15,235 bases of DNA from IMG/VR virus record IMGVR_UViG_3300012352_000399, positions 1-15,235 of that record; one strand, written 5' to 3'. Each line of letters begins with the position of its first letter. Position 1 is the first letter of the stretch. The DNA is from a virus. Of this stretch, positions 1 to 6,600 are shown piece after piece. The notes beneath the pieces are model-generated. The model was not told where the DNA came from. It saw only the letters and a list, made by a program, of their open reading frames with translations, and did not search any database. Both the position numbers and the translations under genes were made by a program.

Positions 1-55
1 GTCATAACCAATATTCCATCTGGTCTATAGAATAGGTCTTTGGCATAGGGATATA
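1..55. repeat. 55-bp exact direct terminal repeat, copy 1 (identical to 15181..15235); circularisation overlap
   Basis: gtcataaccaatattccatctggtctatagaataggtctttggcatagggatata occurs at both window ends with no mismatch. 55 is a common assembler k-mer length, so this is probably an assembly overlap of a circular or concatemeric molecule. Confidence 0.95.
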
Positions 56-142
56 GTTTGTATTCTCCTGTGCCTGTGCTTATAAAGTCTCTTGGATCCA
101 CTAGTTCTGCCGTCCTTGCATTGTAGTATAAGTATACATGAA

Positions 143-172
143 CAAAGAAAAAAGCCCAATAGCTGGCGGGCT
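143..172 (-). terminator. Candidate intrinsic terminator closing the regulatory operon
   Basis: The minus strand reads AGCCCGCCAGCTATTGGGCT (AGCCC/GGGCT stem) followed by TTTTTCTTTG, 59 nt after the stop of the 107-aa ORF. The stem is short (5 bp plus G-U), so this is a weak to moderate call. Confidence 0.4.
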
Positions 173-230
173 ACTGAGCTTTAATCTTTACCTAGGGGTA
201 GGTTTTGTCATTTGGCAACGACAAATATAA

Positions 231-554
231 TTATAGCATTTTCTTCTGTACAAAGCTAGAGTTGAACTTCGTGTTTACTTTCTTTTCTTTCTTCACTGGA
301 GGATTAGGATCATAGAGATATACTGCTTCTCTCCAAGTCCAGAACTTATTCCTCTTCTTCTGAGCCATTTCGAATTCATCCATCCATAATAGAATCTCAG
401 CATCTAGTTGTTCTTGTGTTAGTTTAATCATATCTTCCATCTTGTGATTAGACCAAAAGGATTTAAGTAGTCCGTTTTCTTTTACTGTTTTACCTGTGGT
501 ATCTACCTTAGAATTATAGCTAACCCGCTTTTTTCCTGCGTCACTTCTTGCCAT
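231..554 (-). CDS. Hypothetical protein, 107 aa, last gene of the regulatory operon
   Basis: Co-oriented ORF with a 14-nt overlap on the upstream gene. It is Lys-rich at both ends with a W/F-rich centre (FWTWREAVYLYDPNPP). No motif recognised. Confidence 0.55.
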   Translation of the reverse strand: MARSDAGKKRVSYNSKVDTTGKTVKENGLLKSFWSNHKMEDMIKLTQEQLDAEILLWMDEFEMAQKKRNKFWTWREAVYLYDPNPPVKKEKKVNTKFNSSFVQKKML

Positions 555-933
555 TTAGCATTGCCTTTCGTCTGGCGTTATATGATCTGACTCTCCAACA
601 TGGTTTACAATATGTGTTCAATTTGTCAAAGGAGTTGGCTCTATGACCAAACTGGCTACGAGGCTTTTTAAGACCACAATCTTGGCAGACCTTAGAGTCT
701 ACATGGACTTTAGCATCAGAGGCCTTTAAAACCTCGTTGTAGGCCTTGTAGTAGGTACTGTAGCATTCTCTACACCATGCCTGTAGGCTATTGCCTACCT
801 TTTTGTTAAATTCTTGTGCTTCTTTAGTTGTGTCACACTTGCTGCAATATTTCACGATTCTTGTAATCTCCATATTCTTTAGTTTTAATCTTATGGCAAG
901 GTTTGCATAAGGTCTGTAGGTTATTTGGTTCAT
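541..933 (-). CDS. Cys-rich protein with two tandem zinc-ribbon modules (putative DNA-binding)
   Basis: Two copies of C-x2-C...F...C-x2-C are present: CSKCDTTKEAQEFNKKVGNSLQAWCRECY and CQDCGLKKPRSQFGHRANSFDKLNTYCKPCW. I recall this module type from the N-termini of many phage HNH/homing endonucleases. The start is uncertain: M1 at 933 overlaps the HNH gene by 101 nt, and M21 at 873 overlaps it by 41 nt. Confidence 0.6.
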   Translation of the reverse strand: MNQITYRPYANLAIRLKLKNMEITRIVKYCSKCDTTKEAQEFNKKVGNSLQAWCRECYSTYYKAYNEVLKASDAKVHVDSKVCQDCGLKKPRSQFGHRANSFDKLNTYCKPCWRVRSYNARRKAMLNGKK

Positions 934-1135
934 TATTACTTCTGTCCCCGTCGATATGATCTACATCTAATAGCTTCTTATCTAGTGGAACTGTAAGGCA
1001 TCTCTCACAATACCCCTTTTTAGCCTTCCGTGCCTGTCTACGGCAGTTTAAACAGCTAGACCTATACTGTCTAGTCCCTTTCTTGCTAATACCCTTTAAA
1101 GCGGCGTTTCTGCCGCATTTGCATTTAGGCCTCAT
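833..1135 (-). CDS. HNH endonuclease (zinc-finger HNH, packaging-associated type)
   Basis: A canonical motif is present: CERC...DVDHIDGDRSNNEPNNLQTLCKPCHKIKT (CxxC, DH, N, CxxCH). In the circular map it lies near terS/terL, as in cos phages that use an HNH partner for terminase. Confidence 0.85.
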   Translation of the reverse strand: MRPKCKCGRNAALKGISKKGTRQYRSSCLNCRRQARKAKKGYCERCLTVPLDKKLLDVDHIDGDRSNNEPNNLQTLCKPCHKIKTKEYGDYKNREILQQV

Positions 1136-1250
1136 TTGTCACCAACCATCCAACTGGGGCGGCGGCGGCGGTACACTCTTTACAGTGATCAAGGAAGCGA
1201 AGGTATTTCTTACAAGTGTTGCAAAAGTATATAGTTCCTTCTTTTACCAT
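1125..1250 (-). CDS. Unannotated 41-aa zinc-ribbon ORF (below the ORF-track size cut-off)
   Basis: Hand translation gives MVKEGTIYFCNTCKKYLRFLDHCKECTAAAAPVGWLVTNEA, with CxxC-x9-CxxC. Its ATG overlaps the stop of the upstream 118-aa gene (TCATGGTAA), and its stop overlaps the HNH start by 11 nt. It fills an otherwise unexplained 108-nt gap. Confidence 0.35.
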   Translation of the reverse strand: MVKEGTIYFCNTCKKYLRFLDHCKECTAAAAPVGWLVTNEA

Positions 1251-1600
1251 GACATTAACTCTTCTACTTGAATCAAAGAAAGATCAGTTGATTGTTTTGT
1301 ATTTATATTTGTATTTAATTTGTATTTAGGTGGTAATGTCATGCCGTAGGGTACGGCTTCAGGTACCGTAGGTTCGTAATGATTTGCCGCATCATAGTTT
1401 CTTGTCTGTTTTAGATAGCCAGCTTCTACTAATTCTTTCTTGGCAGTTCTGACTGTTCTTTCACATAATCCAGTTCCATCTGCTATTTGCTGATTAGTTG
1501 GTCTGGATGGATTGTATGAGGCAATTATCAATGCTACAATTCTAGCCTTGGTGCTTAGATTAGATTCTCTAATTAGGCGTAAGTACTGGAAGTAATCCAT
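1244..1600 (-). CDS. Winged helix-turn-helix protein (HTH_36 / DnaD-N-like; candidate replication initiator or transcription regulator)
   Basis: LSTKARIVALIIASYNPSRPTNQQIADGTGLCERTVRTAKKELVEAGYL is a typical wHTH segment. The gene has a strong SD (AAAGGAGAT) and is the first gene after a consensus promoter. Confidence 0.65.
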   Translation of the reverse strand: MDYFQYLRLIRESNLSTKARIVALIIASYNPSRPTNQQIADGTGLCERTVRTAKKELVEAGYLKQTRNYDAANHYEPTVPEAVPYGMTLPPKYKLNTNINTKQSTDLSLIQVEELMSW

Positions 1601-1625
1601 GTTATCTCCTTTCTGGTGAGATAAC
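1601..1625 (-). promoter_or_regulatory. Perfect 8-bp inverted repeat GTTATCTC-N9-GAGATAAC overlapping the RBS (operator and/or SD-sequestering hairpin)
   Basis: The minus strand reads GTTATCTCACCAGAAAGGAGATAAC followed directly by ATG. The right arm contains part of the AGGAG Shine-Dalgarno. The repeat starts about 4 nt after the -10 hexamer. Confidence 0.5.
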
Positions 1626-1628
1626 TAA

Positions 1629-1657
1629 ATTATAATGTATTATTTCTCTTATGTCAA
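1629..1657 (-). promoter_or_regulatory. Consensus sigma70-type promoter (TTGACA-17 nt-TATAAT)
   Basis: The minus strand reads TTGACA (1657..1652), then a 17-nt spacer TAAGAGAAATAATACAT, then TATAAT (1634..1629). It sits in the 57-nt gap between the 67-aa ORF stop and the wHTH gene. Both hexamers match consensus perfectly. Confidence 0.65.
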
Positions 1658-1861
1658 CTACTTGTCTTTGTTCATGAAATGCACATATATGTCATGCTGA
1701 CGCTGTTCAAGTCTATTTAACTGATCTTTCATAGATGAGCCTGAATTGGGGACTAATTCGGACAAATAGTGCTTTACTAACCATCTAACCATACCTATAA
1801 GTTGTACTTGTATTAATAGGATCCCGCCCACTATTGATAGAATCATCTGTATATTGCTCAT
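1658..1861 (-). CDS. Small membrane protein, holin-like candidate (67 aa)
   Basis: It has one N-terminal hydrophobic helix (ILSIVGGILLIQVQLIGMV) and a charged C-terminal tail. Its start shares an ATGA overlap with the upstream gene, and it is the last gene of the structural operon. No adjacent endolysin was recognised. Confidence 0.45.
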   Translation of the reverse strand: MSNIQMILSIVGGILLIQVQLIGMVRWLVKHYLSELVPNSGSSMKDQLNRLEQRQHDIYVHFMNKDK

Positions 1862-2574
1862 GGTCTAATTATCTTTCCATTCCTAGCTGCCGCTTGCTGA
1901 TAAGCTGAGTAACCTGGCATTCTATCTAATCCAGATGCAGATCCACCAAATGCTTTTGTCTTTCCTTTTCCAAATCTTTTAATAAGAAATTGCCTATTTT
2001 TTTCTCTGTTAAATCTATTGTCTGCAGTTGTTCCACCAGTTCTGTAACCGTTTCTAGCTGCCGCCGCTTGGTAATTAAAAAGTGCAGTTGCGGTATTCGA
2101 ATATACATTTCTTGGTGTTGCTAAAAATCTTCCAGAACCAAACATTAATCTATCTACAGCATTTTCCATAAACGATTGATGACAAGCATCACGAAGTTCA
2201 TCAAGCATTTCTGCAACTTCATCAATTATTAAGTTAATAGCATTGTAATATATATCGCCAAGCTCATCTTGCATAACATTGACGAACTCATCTGGATCAT
2301 ATTCTTCTTGTGTTAATTCACAATAATCTAGTGCCTTTGGAGAAAATTCATCTACTATAAGAGTTGTTTGTCCAGCATTACCAGCTTGATCTTCAGCCCA
2401 AGAAAGTATGTCATTGACTCCTTCTTCCCAGGATTGTTCATCAAATTGAGGAGCAAGGTCTAATGCATCTTCAGCACCAAAACCTCTTCTGCCTCTTACC
2501 CTTGAAAGATTTCTAAGACCATTAGCTCTGTATGAACTTCTCATGGCCCTTCTGAGAAGGAATCTAATTAACAC
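1858..2574 (-). CDS. Hypothetical virion-module protein, 238 aa, with segregated charge blocks
   Basis: It has an Arg-rich N-terminus, a strongly acidic centre (EDQAG...EEYDPDEF...DEVAEMLDELRD) and a basic Gly-rich C-terminus with a duplicated Q-AAARNG motif. The annotated start is GTG at 2574, overlapping the upstream stop by 1 nt. An alternative ATG lies at 2544. Confidence 0.55.
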   Translation of the reverse strand: MLIRFLLRRAMRSSYRANGLRNLSRVRGRRGFGAEDALDLAPQFDEQSWEEGVNDILSWAEDQAGNAGQTTLIVDEFSPKALDYCELTQEEYDPDEFVNVMQDELGDIYYNAINLIIDEVAEMLDELRDACHQSFMENAVDRLMFGSGRFLATPRNVYSNTATALFNYQAAAARNGYRTGGTTADNRFNREKNRQFLIKRFGKGKTKAFGGSASGLDRMPGYSAYQQAAARNGKIIRP

Positions 2575-2933
2575 TAAATATCACCAGATATTATTTTTGC
2601 TTTATATTTAAATCCTTCAACTATGCCAAGAGCATTTACAACTGGCTGTGTAGACTTGATTTCCCATGTGCCATCAACATAAATTTCATTTCCATTTCTA
2701 TCTAAAATGTTTGATAGATACCCAGCTTTTTGTAACTTGGAGTTAGTTAATACAACTATATCGCCAATAAATGTTGTGCTTAAAGCAAGTATTATCTGCT
2801 CAGGAACTTCAGTATAAACATTTTCTGTTACTGATCCGTCTGCAGATGTTACCTTTGTATACCCATAGTAGTCAGCAGTATAATTATATTTAGCTCTTCT
2901 AAGCGTATCAAACAACATTATATTTTCTTCCAA
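2574..2933 (-). CDS. Possible head-closure / head-tail joining protein (119 aa)
   Basis: Size, position directly after the connector gene, and a beta-rich C-terminus (GNEIYVDGTWEIKSTQPV) are compatible with SPP1 gp16-like head-closure proteins. The call rests on synteny and weak pattern only. Confidence 0.4.
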   Translation of the reverse strand: MEENIMLFDTLRRAKYNYTADYYGYTKVTSADGSVTENVYTEVPEQIILALSTTFIGDIVVLTNSKLQKAGYLSNILDRNGNEIYVDGTWEIKSTQPVVNALGIVEGFKYKAKIISGDI

Positions 2934-3307
2934 TCAACATTGTTTGGCCACTGGAATATCTTACCAGTTCTGTAGCTTCTTGATCTATTCCAAGATAAGC
3001 CGTTTGCAGCAATGATTGCTAGTGGTGACATAAATGGTGACATCATTCTAGTATCAAAGTTAACCATGGCATCTGTCTGCCCCTGGCTTGTTAAAGCTGC
3101 TTGCTTAAAAACAATATCCTCATTCTCAAGCATGTAGGCTGTTTGATAAGAAGTAATCTTATCTAGCAATATTAAATCGGATGGAGCTTCAATATCAATT
3201 TCATCTCTTCCAATATAGATTTCTACGATTGCTTGGGCTCTCATAATTAATGGGAGTGTTACATCGTATCCAGTATATTCTTTTACGCTATTAATTGTAC
3301 TAAACAT
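2918..3307 (-). CDS. Head-tail connector / adaptor (gp6-like, Phage_connect_1-type)
   Basis: The N-terminal pattern INSVKEYTGYDVTLPLIMRAQAIVEIYIGRDEI resembles the usual gp6-like signature (...aA...ie.y.gr). Size is about 130 aa, and the gene overlaps its neighbours. Confidence 0.55.
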   Translation of the reverse strand: MFSTINSVKEYTGYDVTLPLIMRAQAIVEIYIGRDEIDIEAPSDLILLDKITSYQTAYMLENEDIVFKQAALTSQGQTDAMVNFDTRMMSPFMSPLAIIAANGLSWNRSRSYRTGKIFQWPNNVDWKKI

Positions 3308-3642
3308 TATCTGAATCTCCTTCCTAGTTCACGCACTCTTATAGTGTGTGTTGTTGTAAAGTCTAACTTACCTGTCCCGCTCAATTTAAGCTGAAACACA
3401 TAGTCTCCAGGGTATTCAAAAAGGCTGCGGTCTGTTGGCCACTCAAACACAATTGTTCCAAGATCTTTGGCAGCCGTATTAAGAGTTGCACCTGTGAGGC
3501 TTATTTCTTCATTTCTTGATCCTAATAGAACTGCTTCAATTGTAGTATAGGCAGAGAGGTTAAAATCATTTCCATCCTGGTCCTTTACTTGAATCGAAAG
3601 AGGTCTTGCAGGAATTTGGTCTATCCAGTATTGACTAATCAT
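3307..3642 (-). CDS. Small beta-sandwich structural protein (Ig-like / BppU_N-like, tentative)
   Basis: LSIQVKDQDGNDFNLSAYTTIEAVLL...GTIVFEWP...GDYVFQLKL follows the alternating-strand pattern common in phage Ig-like fibre or baseplate accessory domains. Its start shares an ATGA overlap with the stop of the giant ORF. Confidence 0.45.
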   Translation of the reverse strand: MISQYWIDQIPARPLSIQVKDQDGNDFNLSAYTTIEAVLLGSRNEEISLTGATLNTAAKDLGTIVFEWPTDRSLFEYPGDYVFQLKLSGTGKLDFTTTHTIRVRELGRRFR

Positions 3643-6600
3643 TTGATTACGTCCTCTCTTATATATAGTATTGGGTCTACATGTATTATTTGTAGAACAA
3701 CTTGATCTTCTGAAGCAACATTGGATCTGCTATTTGCAAACATTCCTGCATTAGCTACCATTGTTGGTGCTGCAATTGTTGAGCCTGGCTTCACAATTGT
3801 AGCATTTGCTTCCATAGGTAGTACAAGTATCTTTGTTATTCCACTAGTAAAGTTTGTCTCAGGTAATGTTGCAGTTGCAACCATAGATTGAGCTGCAAAG
3901 TCATTAAACTTATCTACTATTTCTGTAGCATTTGGCATTTCTGCTGTTGCTGCAAAAGCCTGTGGTCTAACAACAGTTCCCTCAAGAAATTCTCTATTAG
4001 ATAACCAACGGAATCCTCTTGTAGGCATTGATGGCACTTCAAATGATACTGTTGGGTATTGCCATGAATATGTACTAGCAAAGAACACACTGCCTTGAGG
4101 TACAGATCTAAATGATAATCCGCCATTCTTATTTATTTTTCTTACCTTAACTGTTTCTTTTTGTACGCCAGCTTTATTAAAGTTAGTGTCTAATTCAAAA
4201 TCACCGCTTCTTTGTTGCAAAAGATGCATACCGTTTAATGACCAATATGGAGTTTCTGCTTCAACAAAATCTTGAGCAAGCAGTTCATCTCTTGTTTCTA
4301 AAGTAATGATTCCATTTTCATAAGCGTAATTTACCCAGTAAACACTTGTAAATTCAACTACACCACTTTCTAAACATTTGTTTATTTCTTCAGTAAAGTT
4401 TACATATATCTTTCCGCCAACTTGTGTTCCATCAAGAACATCACCTGGCTCAATAATAATAGACTGAGCATAATTTCTATAAGGATTTTCAATTAAATCC
4501 AATCCTCTACGAACAGTATTAGCAAAGGCTGTAATAATCTTTCCAGCTTTTACATTTTCAAATGGTGTAGCAAGATATCCAGATCTATTATTATTAGCTC
4601 GTGCACCAGTTGTTGAAATAAGAAACTCATCTCCAACAGCTAAAGCATCTTTGTGTTCATATTTTGCAAATTGTCTATCTGCCCCGCCCCAACGGTACTC
4701 ATCTGTAGATACCCAATATGCTGCTTGAGTTTTAACTAATGCTGGATAATCAGTGATATCTGGATGAGTATTAACAATTCTAGTTCTATTGTTCTTCCAT
4801 GTATCTTCCCATCCAAGAGGTTCATCGTATTCTGGTGGGACTGGAAGATCAGCAGCACCTTCAATGCCAAACATCTGTGTTGGTGAATAAGGATCGCTGT
4901 AATTACCTTGACCTACATTGTCATCCATGTCTGGAACTGTCTCAACACGATCTACAATCTTAAGATCAAGAGCAAGCTGAGCATTTGCAACCATTAAAGA
5001 TATACCAGTATCTACAGCTGCACGAAGACTCTTTACAAAGTCTTCAAATATCTTTGATTCTCTTAAATTAAAGTATGCGTCAACAACTTCAGCTCCAGTA
5101 AATGCATCCTTTTCGTTAGGATCGTTTGGATAGTTCTTGAACATAATCATGTCAAATTTAGATAAATCAATATCATTAATTAAATCAATATATCTTGGAG
5201 CATCTGTCAAAGGATCTCTAAATGTGCGACGCTTATTAACTAAAGCGTATGGAGCATTTGTTGTATTTTGAGACTGACTTACAAATTGTATAAAGTTAGT
5301 TTTTCCAATATTTTCAACTCCACCATAAGCTTCAACCTTAACAAGATCAGAAACCCACTTACCAGTAATATCTACTGGAAATACATCCCAGCCTTCAAAT
5401 TCTTGTGGAGGTGCTGTAAAGTAATCAAGAGTTGTAAGAGTATCTGGAGATTCATCACTTGTGTATGGACCAGTACCAAACGGTGTTCCAGTTTGCGGAG
5501 ATGATGTAGGCCAGAAGTAAAGCATTAATGCTCTTCCTCTATTTCCTGCAGCCTTTGATTCTTGTGCAATTTCTGCTGTTGCAGTAGCTGGCTCAGCATG
5601 AACTGGTTCATATTTAATAGATGCTGTGTAATGATCTGTTACTTCATCTGACTCAACAAAGAATGCTGCATCGTATGACCAAGCAGATGTTTCAAAGTCT
5701 GACTGCCATCTTGTATTTGAGTGGTTTGATCCAATAATGTATGGACGAATTCCAGCTCCTGATGCAAAATTGCTATCTGCAAAGAACTGAATGTCTAGCT
5801 GACCATCAATCCAGAACTGTACACGACCATCAAATCCGTACTGGATAATAATGTGGTGCCATGCTCCATCATCTATTCTCTTATTCCCATAAGCTGTAAC
5901 AAATGAGTATTTAGCAATACTTGTGTTATCTGGGTGAGCAAATATTCTAGCTTCGCCGATTCCCTGTGTAGCACGAGTTGCATACAACTTACCATCAATT
6001 AAACCAATTGAAGATGTTGCGCTTTGGTATCCAATAAAGCTTTGCTGGAATCCCTGAGCCATAACCTGATTGGCTTTTGTCGATTTAAATGTAAACTCAA
6101 GGCTGTATCCGTTATTTGAAACGTAATTGTTTTCAGGAATTGAGAATTGTATGTTTCTAAATCTAACTGCTTTTCTTTCGTAATCATCAAATGTTCCAAC
6201 CTCAAGAACAGGTGTTGGGGTAGCTGTTTGAAATGCATTTGTTGCAACTGCATATTGAGTATCAGTGCTTGTATCTGTTGGTGTATCTGTAACAATGCTA
6301 CGAGGCAAGTTATTAATAATCTTATTTGTATTTGCCCCGCCAATACTTTGTGTAACATCATCAAATAGCTTTAAGAATGCTGAGGCTGAAGATGTTCCAG
6401 CACTGCCAGCTAAGTTATCAGTCTTCCATCTTTCGCCATTAACTACAGAGTGCTGTAGGTATAGCTTCTGATACCAGATATCGTCTGTAATTAATTTGTA
6501 AGCAGGTGGGCTTACAAATATTGCTTGGACTGGAATTGATTGTGCAACAATTAAAGCGCCCAGGGTAGATGATATTGCTGGATCAACCATCTCTGCAGTA

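Noticed and set aside
1-55. The 55-bp end repeat as a biological direct terminal repeat or att-type repeat.
   Set aside because: The length equals a standard assembler k-mer, and the repeat falls mid-region (even inside a possible small ORF) with no associated integrase. An assembly circularisation overlap is the simpler reading. True termini need read-level analysis.
94-108. GGATCCACTAGTTCT (BamHI-SpeI) matches 15 nt of the pBluescript-type polylinker as I remember it. A second cluster of overlapping 6-bp palindromes, GCATGCAATTGTCGAC (SphI/MfeI/SalI), lies at 14332..14347.
   Set aside because: The flanking sequence does not continue as polylinker, since gccgtcc follows instead of AGAGCGGCCGC. 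No other vector-like sequence is present, and both sites sit in otherwise native-looking AT-rich intergenic DNA. I treat them as chance or as natural palindromes, but a vector screen (UniVec) would settle it.
56-142. Candidate sigma70 promoters for the structural operon (for example TACAAT near 126..131 or TATAAG near 80..85 on the minus strand, and TTGACC near 15100).
   Set aside because: None has both an acceptable -35 and -10 at 16-18 nt spacing, and each candidate failed when I counted the spacer.
1159-1172. GGC trinucleotide run (ggcggcggcggcgg) as a possible phase-variable repeat.
   Set aside because: There are only about four units, and they are in-frame (Ala4) within the candidate 41-aa ORF. 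That is too short to argue for slipped-strand switching.
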